Of a stretch of 64,000 nt of DNA, positions 44,355 through 62,186 are shown one piece after another; the stretch's first letter is position 1, and each line of letters opens with the position of its first letter. Origin of the DNA: the human T2T-CHM13v2.0 reference genome, Homo sapiens; the NCBI RefSeq assembly GCF_009914755.1, contig NC_060939.1; one strand, 5' to 3'. The notes under the pieces are model-generated. The model was not told the origin of the DNA. It did no database searches and saw only the letters and a program-made list of their open reading frames with translations. Position numbers and translations under genes: made by a program.

Positions 44355-44704
44355 GCTTAACCCAAACTTACCCCCACCTGTGGACTTCTCTGGAGCAGTT
44401 GCTGCATTCCACAGGCACTGTTCCCAGTGCTTTCTATGGACACTCATTTAACCTCTCAACAGCCGTCCGAGGGACTGTTATCCCATTTTACAGATGAGGA
44501 AATGGAGGCACAGGGGTGGTAAACTGTGTCCAGTCTTACACAGGGCATGGCAGAGCCCTGTTCAGTACTCAGGCAGCCTGACTCCACACATGCGCCCTCC
44601 GTGGGGGTGTCCACCCCATCCACAGGCCCAGGGGCCCATCCCCCTGACTCCACCGCTCCCCTTGCCATGGACATAGGGAGACGGTGGTGCCACTCTGGGT
44701 GGAG

Positions 44705-44978
44705 TTAAAATACAGGACATCCAACCACATTTAAATTCCAGATAAACAACAAATTATTTTTAGTATAGTACATCCCATGCACTATTTGGAACATACTTAT
44801 ATATTAAAAATCATACCCAGTGTGAATTTCAGATAAACAGTGAATACTTTTTAGAATAAGTATGTCTCATACAACATTTGGGACATATATTACACAAATA
44901 AAATATTTGTTTATCTGGATCTACCTGGAATTCAAATTTAACTGGGCATCCTGTATTTTTATTTGCTGGTAACCCTAC
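44705..44978. mobile_element. MER53-like palindromic DNA transposon (internally duplicated)
   Basis: aaaatacaggacatcc...cagataaacaac... and inverted end tttatctgga...aaatttaactgggcatcctgtatttttatttgctggtaacccta. Confidence 0.65.
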
Positions 44979-45135
44979 CCTAGGGCCACATGCCTGGGAT
45001 CCAGGAAGGACCCCTAGGAGTTTGCCATGAGGAAGAGGTGATTCGATGGTGATGGTTTCAACTTGGAGCCATCCCAGCTAGGAAGCATCACAAAGAAGCT
45101 TAAAGCAGCCCTTTCCCCAAATACCCGCCCAGCAC

Positions 45136-45378
45136 CTTCTGGGTACTTGTAGGAGCTGGTGATGCTCTGGCGCTGGTCTGACCCCACCATCTTAGTGCTG
45201 ATCTCCTTCCCGATGGAACTGGTGTTGTGGGCCAGGATTTCCTGGGCCTGGCCATCCCCAAGGAGCCAAATGACTTCATCGGCGTTCACCTCGGCATACA
45301 CAAAAGGGGTGTCATAGGCCAGGTGGACATCCCCTTCCCTGATGGCCTTCACAGAGGCAGGGCCACAGCAGAACAGCC
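45136..45378 (-). CDS. TGM7: Transglutaminase 7, exon 9 (243 nt)
   Basis: CCACAG|GG CTG TTC TGC TGT GGC CCT...CCA GAA G|GTGCT; [17 protein letters not shown]...SSYKYPE. Confidence 0.96.
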
Positions 45379-45808
45379 CTGTGGAGGCAACAGGCTACTG
45401 ATATGGGGGCCAGGGGCAGCTGGTTGTGGCTGTGGGAGGTGGAGATGGGATAGGCAGCGGCACCACTGACTCTCACCCGTGGGATATCTTCCAGTTTACC
45501 AAGCACTTTTGTTCCCATTAATTCATCTGACCCTCACAGCCACCCTGTGAAGTGGCAATGCTCATCATCAGCTTTTCCACTTTACAGGTAAGGACACAAC
45601 TGAGGCTCAGTGACCCATCCAGGTAACCCATCCGGGTGACTCTGTCAATGGTAGAGTTAGATTCCTGATCTGAAGCTGTGTCAGCTGGGACCTCGGGAAG
45701 AGGGTGCCGTGGAAAACGCTGCTCCTCCCTGGTCTCCTGCTCCCACGGCCAGTCACCCTAATCTGCCTCCCCACAGAGCCAGAGCCTGTTGCAATGGTCC
45801 TCACTCAC

Positions 45809-45912
45809 CACTGCTGGTCTGCTGGGGAGTGGGGTCCAGAACCTGCCACCCGTTGTATCCTGGTGGGAGATCTTTCCGGATCATCCAGCACTCATTCCAG
45901 ACGTGGAAGTTC
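45809..45912 (-). CDS. TGM7: Transglutaminase 7, exon 8 (104 nt; catalytic His and Asp)
   Basis: CTGCAG|G AAC TTC CAC GTC TGG AAT GAG...AGT G|GTGAG; NFHVWNECW...WQVLDPTPQ. Confidence 0.97.
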
Positions 45913-46060
45913 CTGCAGGAGGGAGTAAGGAGACAAGGATTCATGTTAGCTGAGGTTTTGCCAGGTACCAGGCACTATACGGAGTGATTTATATCATTGT
46001 TTCTTTTTCTTACTTTTTATTAGGAAGTAATTTCATACTAAAAGTCACAAGAATAGTACA

Positions 46061-46556
<496 letters not shown>

Positions 46557-47201
46557 TTATCTAATTTACTGTCTATATTTTAATGTTGTCAGTTGACCTA
46601 ATGATGTTGTTTAGAGCATTCTTCTCCCATGTGGTACGCGATGCCGTCTGTGATCACACACTGCATTCAGCTACGCAGAATGTTGTCTCCTTTGATCTTG
46701 GAACAGTTCCTTCGCCTTTCTTTCTTTGTTACATTGGGATTTGAAAACAATCTCTCGCTCTCTCTCTTTTTCTTTTTTTTTGTAAATGTAAGGGGTACAA
46801 ATGTAGTTTTGTTTCATGGAGATATTACCTAGTGGTGAAGTCTGGGCTTTTAATGAAAACAGTCTTTATGTTATTTATCTATTTTTTAAAACCAGAGTGG
46901 CCCCCATTTTGGGCTTGTCTGATGTTTCCTCATGATTAGACTCAAGATATGCATTCAAAGACAGAACTGTGCCTAAGTTACATATCCTCAGATACACCAC
47001 TGCTTCCTGAATCAGAGACAATTCAGACCTCTAGGAGTCTATCTGTGGATCCCAGGCTGAAAAGCCCTCCTTACTGGCATTGATCTCATTTCACCCTAGC
47101 AACCCTGTGAAGTAGATGTTATCTTCATTTTACAGACAAGGAAATTGAAGCTCAGAGACGGAGGGGGCTCCTAGGACAGCAGGTAGTTCTTACACAACTC
47201 A

Positions 47202-47714
<513 letters not shown>

Positions 47715-48105
47715 TCAAGAGAGACAAGAAGAGGTCTACAGAAGCAGCCAGTCCAGGCTCTGTCTGACTTCTGGGAAAACTGGATGGTACAAACAGAAAC
47801 TCAGAGAAGAAAGAGGAAGATGAATAAAGACTTTTGAGGTCAGTGTTCAGAAGACGCCCAGCTAGTCATTTGGTTGAGGCCCCAGAATGTTATCCCATTG
47901 TTTTCTACCTCTGAAATGAGTTAAATTTGATGACCTAATTAGCCAGAACAGCCTCCTGGGTTGGGGAATTCTTCTCTTCTCTGAGCATTAGCAGCAATGC
48001 TCAGGGCAATCTTGCAATATTTCCTCAAGAGCCAGAGAGAACCAGGTCAGTTTTTCTGCCCTCCCTGGGACAAAGCAGAGATCTGTTCAAGACAGTGCCT
48101 CTCAC

Positions 48106-48244
48106 CATATTTTGTCTCGTTTCTGAGTTGACAGCATCTCGGCATTTCGGTCATAGTACGTATCGATGGTCAAGTTCCTATCCACGTTGTGCGCGGAACG
48201 GAAATTGGAAACAACACGGGTTGGAACACCTAAGCATCTCATTA
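48106..48244 (-). CDS. TGM7: Transglutaminase 7, exon 7 (139 nt)
   Basis: CTTTAG|TA ATG AGA TGC TTA GGT GTT CCA ACC CGT...ATA TG|GTGAG; MRCLGVPTRVVSNFRSAHNVD. Confidence 0.96.
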
Positions 48245-48546
48245 CTAAAGAGAAAAATATAGAGAATCGCTGAGTTCATTTCAGGCAGAATTATTGGTTT
48301 TCCATGCATAATTTGTAACTTTCAAGCTGGAGGAGAGAAAGCCAAGACGCTTACGGAACCACACCAGTAACTCCTTTATTCCCAGAGCCCCACACCCAGT
48401 CCCACAGCCCTGCTGCCCCATCAGTGATCAACATCCCACAAGGAGAAAGGAATCATTTGAGGGTCGCTTAAAACAACAGTTAACAATAATCCGACTTATC
48501 ATTTAGGAGTCTTTCCACTCAGCAGCTTTCCAAGTTAAAGACAGAG

Positions 48547-48730
48547 GGCCAGGCGCGGTGGCTTACGCCTGTAATCCCAGCACTTTGGGAGGCTGAGGCG
48601 GATCACGAGGTCAGGGGTTTGAGACTCAGCCTGGCCAACATGGGGAAACCCCGTCTCTACTAAAAATACAAAAAAAAATTAGCTGGGTGTGGTGGTGCAT
48701 GCCTGCAGTTCCAGCTACTAGGGAGGCTGA
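48547..48730 (+). mobile_element. Alu (3'-truncated), abutting a short antisense L1 3' fragment (about 48748-48860)
   Basis: Left arm plus part of the right arm. Confidence 0.85.
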
Positions 48731-49026
48731 AAATTTAGTTCCGAAATGTTTTTTAACTTTTATTTTAGGTTTGAGGGTACACATGAAGGTTTGTTACGTG
48801 GGTAAACACGTGTCACGGGGGGTTGTTGTACAGATTATTTCATCACCCTCCTCCCACCCTAGCTCTGAAATTTGGGATCTGTAATTCTACTTAAAGACAA
48901 GAGGTAGGGGGAGGTATGAAAGAAATTCGAGGATGGATAGAGGGACAAGATAGACTTCTAGAGACAGTGGAAACCGTCAGCAGAGATAAGAGGAAATCAC
49001 AGTCAGCAACCATCTTTAATAAGGCA

Positions 49027-49044
49027 GCAGCTCCCTCTTGTGGC
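49027..49044 (-). promoter_or_regulatory. Candidate CTCF site in TGM7 intron 6
   Basis: Minus strand GCCACAAGAGGGAGCTGC resembles the CTCF core consensus; motif match only. Confidence 0.35.
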
Positions 49045-50571
49045 TTCTCATGATACTGCTACAAAGGCTTTTAAAAGCTGAGTTATGATTTCACAAATCT
49101 AGTCACACAGTGTAAACATTACCCCCAACACATACACACAAACACACACACACACACACCCCTGCCTGCCCAGAGCCAGATGAAGTCAAGCCAAGAGCCA
49201 GCAAGAGCCAGGTGTGACCCTGAGGGGACGTGGGTACTGACATCAGCCAGCATGGTAAGTTCAGAGAGGTTTATCCCACTATCTCCCTCCTAGGAGGGGC
49301 AGACGGTGCCTACTGAGGCTGCCAGGAGGATTACACAGCTTCAAAAAGTAAAAGGAATATTGACAGCGACCAATCCTTTTGTTTTGGTTCACTGAAGAGC
49401 CCCCAAGAAGGCTTCCTGTCTGCAGTCACCTGTCCACTCACAGCACAGCTCCTGGGCTTGTCACAGATCCTTAGCAGGCGTGGGAGCTACACCTGGGCTG
49501 GAAGTGGCCATAGGAAGCTTGGCAGGGGCAGCTCCCCCAGTGCGCAGTGGCCCTGTAACTCGAGCGCCTGGGAGTGGGGAGAGGCTTGGAAATGGAGCAG
49601 GGTGGTGGACCTCGTCCTTCTCCTGCTCATCCCAGGCCTCCTCCATAACACCTACCTAGCACGGCCTGGGGACTTCCCAGCCCAAGGAACAACTGAGAAT
49701 ACTGAGTGCCAGGGTAGCCCTAGCCCCATTTCACACCTGGGCAAAGTGAGGTCACTGGATTCAAACACTCAGATTTAAACCTCCTCTGTGTCTGCAGCAC
49801 CTGTATATAACTGCCAGCCTCTGCTGCCCCTCTCCAAAAAGTCTCTGCCCTTGTCTTTGGCACCTGTCTCTGTCCTCCCCATTCTCTGCTCCTCCTTTCT
49901 CCAACTCAGAGTCACCCTGTTAGTTCAGCAAATGTTCATCGAGCTCCATAATGTAGCAGGACAGGCCTGTCTAACAGATTCTGGCCTTGCAAGGGTGAGA
50001 CAAGTACTCTCCATCTTTCTCTCATCTTCACAGATGGTCTGCTCAACAACTTTGCACTGAATTGTAAATAATTGATACTGCATAAAACATTGATGTTCTT
50101 TAAGGGTAGTCAGCAAGGTGGCAAGTCTATAATGATAACTGCTCAAGGATCTCTCAGTGAAGCATTTGGGGGCTGCTAGCTCTGCCTATGGGTGAGGTCA
50201 GCTATCTCACGCCATCTACTTCCACCTGCCCCCCCATGCCAGGCTCACCCTGAGCTGAGATGCCTGAGCAGGTGGCAGAAAGGAGCCATTTGGTTTCTGC
50301 TTCGGGACCACAAACTCCTCTATCCAGATGACAGTTTTAACAGTCTGACTGATCCATCAAGGATACTGTGAGATGATTGCCACAGGTCAATCCCCCTCTC
50401 ACATAAATGCACAGGATCCCTCGAGACTGTATGGTGTGCTAGCTCAGGGCCTGGGTGCCCACCACCCCCAGCTGTGGGGCCATGGGCAAGCTACTGAACC
50501 TTTATGAGCCACAGTTAACTTCTCTGATAATGAAGTTAATCACACCCCTAAGTGAGTGATCTTTCGCTCAC

Positions 50572-50749
50572 CGGTGCACATAACAGAGGCGAAGACCCAG
50601 CACTGTCCGTACTTCACAGGCTGCCCGCCCCTGGCTGACCACTGCTGTAGGATGGCCACACTGCCCTTCCACTCCAGAGGACTGACCCCTTTGGAGTAGT
50701 CCTCGCCCCAGTTCCCCTGCAGCACGCCATTGTCATCGTTGCTGTTGAT
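50572..50749 (-). CDS. TGM7: Transglutaminase 7, exon 6 (178 nt; catalytic Cys)
   Basis: CTGCAG|ATC AAC AGC...TGC ACC G|GTGAG; [13 protein letters not shown]; Cys codon at 50602-50600. Confidence 0.98.
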
Positions 50750-50832
50750 CTGCAGAGGACAGACAGGTGGGTTTCCACAGCTCCCGGGGAAGCTCAGACT
50801 GTCCTCAGACGGCGGGAAGCATCCATCCTTAC

Positions 50833-50961
50833 CATGGCACTCACCACCCTGCACACATACACCACGTCGTTCCGCTGGGAACAGTCTTTGGCCGGGTTCT
50901 TTAAGTGATACAGGCTCTTGTTCAGGATCTCAAAGCAGATGTCTATGATGTCCTCTTCAAA
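50833..50961 (-). CDS. TGM7: Transglutaminase 7, exon 5 (129 nt)
   Basis: TTGGAAG|TTT GAA GAG GAC...GCC ATG|GTAAG; [16 protein letters not shown]...CRVVSAM. Confidence 0.96.
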
Positions 50962-51946
50962 CTTCCAAGTGATTTTAAGGGAGAAAAAAGAGAAGAGCAA
51001 ATGTCTAGACTTCTGAAACTTTAAGTCACTAACAGACTTTTGGGGATGGCATGTATATGGGGATGTGGGGGCAGGGGGAGGGCGCTAAATATAAGACAAG
51101 TTCCTGCCTTTGAAGAGCTTATAAATCAAATTGGGAATGTATTAGGTTTGAAATTCTGAAACACTAAACTGCGTGGTTCTGATGAAAAATGGAAACAGAA
51201 TTCGGAGAGTGAGAGACCCCCCTCGGCTGAACAGATGAGAGAAGGCTTTGGTGCCAATGGGCTTTGATGGACTGGGTGGGCAGGAAGAGGAGAGTGGGCA
51301 TATTTACCTGAGGTCTTTGAGCATGGTGGGTATCAAGGACTTAGACTCCTATCTGGAGGACTTGAAGAAGCAGGGAAGGGATCAGAGCAGAAAAAGTCTA
51401 GAGATCAATGTAGGGCCACACGTGCCAGTCTTGAAATCAGGTAGAGGAGCTCAGAGCAGACGCTGCGGGCCCTGGAGGAGCCAGGGTGGGCTCATAATAG
51501 ACGTGCACAATGTTTGTCACAATGCTTTGGCTGCCAAATGCACAGGTATTTGTCTCAGTTTCAAAGAGGGTCACAGGTCGCCACGGTTGGAGAATGGGGA
51601 AAACGTGCTCTCCCTCAGCAAGGCTTCCCCCACCTCTTCCCTTTTGGAGTTTGTGGACAGGACTGAGGTGGCAGTGGGAAGGAGAGAGAAACTACGCCTG
51701 CGGGGGTTGAGAGTGGAAACGTTGCCCAGAGCCAAGTTCCCCCTCTCTACGTTGACTGGATATTGGATGTTATTAAAGAATTACTATTCTTTTTTTTTTC
51801 CGTTACAATCATGTATTCTGATTAAGTTTTGCAGAAAGAGTCATCATCTTTTACATGACTATATTCTGAAGTACTATTGGATTAAATATGCTGAAGTGTT
51901 ACTGGATTAAATAATATGGTATCTGTAATTTGCTTAAAAAAAAATT

Positions 51947-52232
51947 TGCCGGCAGCAGTGGCTGTAATCCCAGTACTTCGAGAGGCCGAGGCAGGTGGAT
52001 CACCTGAGGTCAGAAGTTCGAGACCAGCCTGGCCAACACGGTGAAACCCCGTCTCTACTAAAAATACAAAAATTAGCCGGGCATTATGGCTCGCACCTGT
52101 AGTCCTAGTTACTCAGGAAGCTGAGGTGGGAGAATCACTTGAACCCAGGAGGTTGCAGTGAGCCAAGATCATGCCACTGCACTCCAGCCTGGGCAACACA
52201 GTGAGACTCTATCTCAAGAAAAAGAAAAAAAT
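51947..52232 (+). mobile_element. Alu (AluS-like)
   Basis: Alu consensus. Confidence 0.92.
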
Positions 52233-52279
52233 CTAGTGGTGGAGTGGGGAGTGGGGATGGAGGCAGAAGAGTACAGACC

Positions 52280-54946
<2,667 letters not shown>

Positions 54947-55270
54947 TGTTGATGAAACAGACTCATGATACATTGATCACTACTGAAGCTGAGAGGTGGG
55001 TACAGGGAGATCTATTGTAGTAGCCTGTCTACTTTGATTATGTTTTAAGGTTTTTCATAATAAAATGTTAAAAACTAAAAAGGAAAGACATCCACCCCTT
55101 CCTTCCTTGCCCCTCTCACTGGATGTGAAGCTGGCCAAGCCCCTCACACCCTCGCCTGTATTAGTGGCCCTCTATGAGGGCTGTGTAATATAACAGCCTT
55201 ACATAACAGGGTTGTGTAAGGACCAGCCTTAGGGAGCCCACCCCAGGCCCACATTGGGTAATAGTGTTAC

Positions 55271-55389
55271 CTGCCCGTAGTTCCAGGGCCAGGAGGTGAT
55301 GAATCTTTCATGACCCTTGTAAACAAAGCCATAATCTCGCATGATATACTCCTGCAGCAGTATTTCACTTGGCAGGTAGACGTCGTCCT
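55271..55389 (-). CDS. TGM7: Transglutaminase 7, exon 4 (119 nt)
   Basis: CTCAG|AG GAC GAC GTC...GGG CAG|GTAAC; DDVYLPSEILLQEYIMRDYGFVYKG...PWNYGQ. Confidence 0.97.
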
Positions 55390-56000
55390 CTGAGCAGTTA
55401 AGAGTAGTGGAGGGGGCAAAACCCCAAACCAAAAAAACAGAGTATTAAATTAAAAAACAGTAACGACAACGTGTTTCTGGAAAACAGGAGGAACAGTCGA
55501 TGGGTTGATAGCAACAGAAATTAAGACTAGACCCCCTTAAAGGTCTACTATGTGCTTTTCTAGAAGCCAGAAATACAATGTACACTTTAAAAACCAACGA
55601 TCTTTTCTTGATTGTAAAAGTGACTGATTGTAGAGTTGGCTTATTGTAGAGATTCAGAAAATACAGATAGATGGGTAGAAGACAATGGAAACTGCTCACT
55701 CCCACTACTCAGAGACACCCACCGTTATGTTTTGGTGTATTCTAGCCACTCTCTCTTTCTGTGCATACTTAATACAATTAGGCTCATATTAGGAAATGTT
55801 TCAATGTTTTCACTTAACATCACGTCATGAATACTTTCCTCATGCCATTAGAAATTCTTTGTAAAGATGATTTTTGTGAGAGCACACGCTACTACATTGC
55901 ATAGCTATGTGGCGATTTATTTTCTGGGCTTTTTCCAAAGAACCTCACAGGGCCTTCCCAATGGATCAGGTTAGCAATACAAGCTGTGGGCACATCCTAC

Positions 56001-56246
56001 CTGGACTCCAAGGGTTAAAAAGTAGGATGAAAGTTCCCAGCGGGTAAGTCACACTGTGACCTTGGCCCTGAGAGATCTCTATTTTCAGAGTGTAATGGCC
56101 AATAACTGCATTGGCTGGTGTGAAAAGGGAAACTTGGAGAGAGTTGGAGTCAATGGTGAAATCAGAAGCGCTCCAGACATTCCCGGGCTGGACCCGGGTG
56201 AGGAAGAATGTGGCTCGGGTCCCCAGCAGCTCTGACGGCTTGGGTC
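56001..56246 (-). CDS. TGM7: Transglutaminase 7, exon 3 (246 nt)
   Basis: ACACAG|GA CCC AAG...AGT CCA G|GTAGG; ends [10 protein letters not shown]; same length as TGM5 exon 3. Confidence 0.96.
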
Positions 56247-56740
56247 CTGTGTAGGAGAGAATGACCCCACAGTGAGGCTCAAAAAACCTGTATGGTATAT
56301 GATTCCAGGGGAGTCGGAAGGACCGTCACCTTCTCCCACCACCTGCTAATGCTTTTGGCTTTTACTGCCACCGAGTGTCCTCAGGCAAACCATTTAAGAC
56401 CCCCAGGCCTCCGTTTTTTAATCTGTTAAAAGGGGATCATAATAGTACCACCTGAAAGTCTTGTCCTGGGGATTAAATGAGCTAATGTGTGTAAAGTTTT
56501 AGCACAGTGCTTGTTGTGTATCTACAGGTCGGTTGTTAACTGCCACAACCTCAGTTTGCCGAGTTGACCAAATCTCTCCTTAACAGCACTAACAGGGTCC
56601 TGAGCATGAGGGGTCTGGGGCTCCCAGGACAAGAAAGTGGAGGGCAGCTCAGGTGGGAAAGGCAGGGGCCCCGCAGGCAGACTCTGTAAATGCCCTCATT
56701 TTGACGGAACCTGCGGGGCCTTGGGACAGGGCAAACTCAC

Positions 56741-56923
56741 CGGTCTCAGCCACAAAGGTGATGTGGTCGTTCTGGGACTGGAAGGGTCGGCTGAAGCTCA
56801 GCCGGAGGTAGAAGGGCTGGCCGCGGCGCACAGTGAGCCGCTTGACGCCCATCTCCTGCGTGTGGTGCTCCTTGTTGTTCCTGGAGCTCTGCAGGTCGAC
56901 AGACTCAAGCCGCAAGGTTGCCA
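56741..56923 (-). CDS. TGM7: Transglutaminase 7, exon 2 (183 nt); exon 1 lies beyond the right edge
   Basis: CCCCTAG|TG GCA ACC TTG...GAG ACC G|GTGAG; [37 protein letters not shown]. Confidence 0.96.
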
Positions 56924-57007
56924 CTAGGGGAGAGGAGGGGACAGGTCACGCCCACCTGCAGTCCCCTGGGCTCAGGCATCCCTTGTGGCTTCTCAGTCAT
57001 TTCTGGG

Positions 57008-57240
57008 AGGTGCGGCGGGTGGTGGGGCGTGCGGGGGGTAGGTGGGGCGTGCGGGGGGGGAGGTGGGGTGTGCGGGGGGGGCGTGCGGGTGTGTGTGTGC
57101 GGGGGCGTGGGGTGTGCTGGGGAGGGTGGGGTGTGCGGGGGGGTGGGGTGTGCTGGGGAGGGTGGGGTGTGCGGGGGTGGGGTGGGGTGTGCGGGGGGCT
57201 GTGCGGGGGGAGTGGGGTGTGCGGGGGGATCGGCATGGGG
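57008..57240 (+). repeat. G-rich degenerate tandem repeat (GGGGTGTGCGGGG-like units)
   Basis: About 10 imperfect units with many G4-G7 runs. Confidence 0.9.
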
Positions 57241-58194
57241 AAGTGTTGATACTGGTGAATTCCATGTCTGGACCTGGAGCCACAATGATCAAGGATTGGG
57301 GTCCCCAAAAGGGAAACAATTCCAGATAACCGAAACTTAACCCCTGAAGTGCCGCTGCATGCTCTTAACTATTTGTTGACAATCTTTCTAAAAGTCACCC
57401 TTTTATCCTACTGATATAAGAATAAACATACTAGGATTTTGTATGAATTAAGTCAGTGAGCTGACTGGAAGCTGGGACTTCAGCCATAGGGCAAGTCCCT
57501 GCTTTGGAATTCTGGACACTCTCTGGGTCACTTGTAACTTACTTCTGACTTCTCAGCCATTTCCAGGTCTATGAGGAGGGCACTGCCTGCTTCCTGTGTG
57601 TGCACACCTGGTACATGGTTGTAAAACTCTCATAGCACAGTAGGCAGTGGGCAGGTTCTGGACTGACACAGCCTCAGGTCTATCATCTGGGCTGTGAGAC
57701 CTCGAGCAAGTCACTTAATATCCCTAGACATCAGTGTCCTCATCTGAAAAATGGAGACAATTGTATTCCTACCTTATAGGGTTCATGTGGGCGTTAAGTG
57801 AGGATGCCCATGGAAGGACCTTGGCGTTGTGCCAGGTACAGAGTAAGGAGTCAATATTAGTTACTCTTACTGGTAGGAATCATGCGTTCTTGAATTGCAT
57901 TTCTTTTGCGACCTTTGCTGGCAATGTTTAGATTGCATTTACTGTCGACAAAAGTTCATCAGGTCTTTCCTCTAGTAGTACATCAGTTTATCTCAGTGGT
58001 TCTCAACGGGAAATTCCGTGCCCTGGAGGACATTTGGCAATGTCTGAAGACATTTTTTACTGGGAAGAGAGGCTGCTAAGCAGCATCCTAAAGGAAAAAC
58101 TCATATTTGCTCCCAGCCAGTTTTTGTGCCATTTGTATTTTGAACTTCCACAGAGGTTCTTAATGTTTTTGCATCTTTCCTACCTATCTTGATC

Positions 58195-58410
58195 CTTTTT
58201 TTTTTTTGGAGACAGGGTCTCACTCTGCAGCCCGGCTGGAGTGCAATGGCATGCTCCTGGCTCACTGCAGCCTCAGCCTTCATTCTGGGCTCAAGTGATC
58301 CTCCCATCTCAGCTTCACAAGTATGTTGGACCACAGTTATGGGCTACCATGCCCTACAGTATTTTTTTTGTATTTTGTAGAGACAGCATCTCCCTATGTT
58401 GCCCAGGTTG
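58195..58410 (-). mobile_element. Alu (AluJ-like, partial)
   Basis: Diverged antisense Alu. Confidence 0.85.
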
Positions 58411-58527
58411 ATAGATTCTGATTTTTTGACCCAAATATTTTACTTTTCCATCTCTAGACTGGCTAAACTGTCTTCCAGTCTTCATCTAAGTAATCAGTAA
58501 TAAGATGTTTCTAAGCATTAGAGCCTA

Positions 58528-58893
<366 letters not shown>

Positions 58894-59419
58894 CTAGAAA
58901 AAAAACTCTTTGGGCATAGCTGTTCAACTGCTTTAACTACATCTAATCTTTGAATAAAGCTGAAGTCAATGTTAATTTCCTTCACAATCTAAAATCAAAT
59001 CCAGTTTTCATCTTTTCCATAAATGTGTCAAATGTCTGGCTAAAAACAGAATATGCATAAGGATCCCTTGATCTGTCTCTTAACAACAATCTTTTGTAAG
59101 GTAGATTCAACAAAGGTGAATTACTGGATCAATTGGTACAAAGTTGTTAAACCTCTTGATGTGTTGGGGCACTTAAATAGATATGTTATTGGAACCAGAA
59201 AATTTAGAGAAAGATCTAAGACAGATCCCTTTTAATCATTCAACAGCAGTTTTTAAACTTCAGTTCCAACTCATTTAGTAGTTTGTGAAATCAATTTAGA
59301 GAGAGGTAGCCTGTAATAAGAAAATGGAATGGAATAGAAAACATACAATGCATCACACATAGGAAGAACAAGGACAATTTTATGTGTAGCTAGGTCATGA
59401 TATAAATCATAGATCATAG

Positions 59420-59737
<318 letters not shown>

Positions 59738-60465
59738 GTCAGAGAGCAGCTGGCCTCAATCTGGTTGGGAACTGGTTGCTTCTCATTTGTTCCTAAGGGG
59801 CCTAAAGTTTTCATAGCAGGACCACTGAGCCTTCACAGAAAGCCTCTCCGTCCCATACACAACTCCCACCCTGAATGATCATAGATCCAAAAGAGACAGG
59901 GACACACAGGAGGGAACAGGACTCAGGGTAGCCTTTTCCTGGCTGCTGTTTGTAGCTCAAAGCATAGTTCCTAGGGACAGCCAACTCAATTTTCCCCTAA
60001 GCCAGACTTCTCTTAGTTTGGGAAAGAAAGGAGAGGGGGAGGAAGGAAGATGTCTTCCTCTCCAGAGGCCCAAGGTTGCAGTGGCATGGAGAAAACTCAT
60101 TCTCCACTGGACACTCAGGTTTTCTTTTTTATTCCACTCCACTGAAGTGCTTCTCATGTCAAAGAGACAATGACTTAAGAAAACAAAGGGAAGGGTTTTC
60201 AAAAGCAGGAAAAGAAAGCCAAGAGGATCAGGAAGAGGCTCAACAAAGCAGAAAATCAAGCAGAATCAGTTAGTAAAAACATGTCAGCACCCACAAGGCC
60301 TTCTTGTCTTGGCCACAATACCACTGGAGTTAATGACATGAGTAAGAGGAGAGTTAAGCCCCAGCCACAAGATTCCTGGCACTTATTTGACTAATACAAA
60401 GACAAGGGTATAAAAGGATCAAATATATCCTGATGTATTATCAGCCTTTTAAGAAAAAGGAGACA

Positions 60466-61038
<573 letters not shown>

Positions 61039-61774
61039 TCACTCACGCCTCCATCTCTCCACTCGGGTCTTGGCTCAGCAGTAACCACTGCACAGGGGCT
61101 TTCTTTGGCCACCAAGCATGATGCTTTACTTCCCACCATGTGGTCACTTTCTATCACAACACCCTCTCTGTTTTCTTCAGGGCACTTAATATCTAGAATT
61201 GGTTCCACAAAAGCAAGAGACCTCAGCCATCTTCAAATGCAGATTCCCCTGCCTAGAAAGGAGCCTGGTGCCTAACTGCAGATATGCATGGCTAATGTTC
61301 GTGGAATACTTACCAATGCCCGGCATTGTTTAGAGCATTTTACATGTCTGAAAGAATTTATGTTCTCACCAACCGCCTGAAATGGAGCTGTTAATATTGT
61401 TCCTGACATACAGGAAGGTGCTGGGTGGAGATAGGATCAAACCCAGGGAGGCTGGCTCCAGAGGCCGCCCCCTTAACCTGCACAATCTCCTGCCATCCTG
61501 GTGGGTTCTTGGTGACATTTGCTGAATGGATAGACACACATGTGCGTGAGGTTCAAGGAGAATCATCCTGCAGAAGAGCACTGGGGATGGAGGGGATGGG
61601 AAGGGGCAGAGCCTGTGAGGGCAGCAGGGCCAGGATGAGGAGGGGCTCGAGCCCGGGCCAAGACGCTGCTGCTTGATTCAGTAGTCATGGGTAGATCTAG
61701 CCCTGATGGGTAGATAAAATGTTACACCTTTCTGAGAGCAATTCATCAATATTTATTACAAAATAAAAGAAAAC

Positions 61775-62186
<412 letters not shown>

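Noticed and set aside
51248-51910. 220-aa plus-strand ORF antisense to TGM7 intron 4
   Set aside because: Begins at a non-ATG codon, has no recognisable domain, and runs into old repeat-like AT-rich sequence.
55961-55972. ATGGATCAGGTT, resembling the expected TGM7 exon 1 (MDQ-V)
   Set aside because: On the plus strand and inside intron 3; wrong strand and position, so a chance match.
56833-57340. Pro/His-rich and Gly/Cys-rich ORFs in several frames
   Set aside because: Artefacts of the G-rich tandem repeat, which lacks stop codons.
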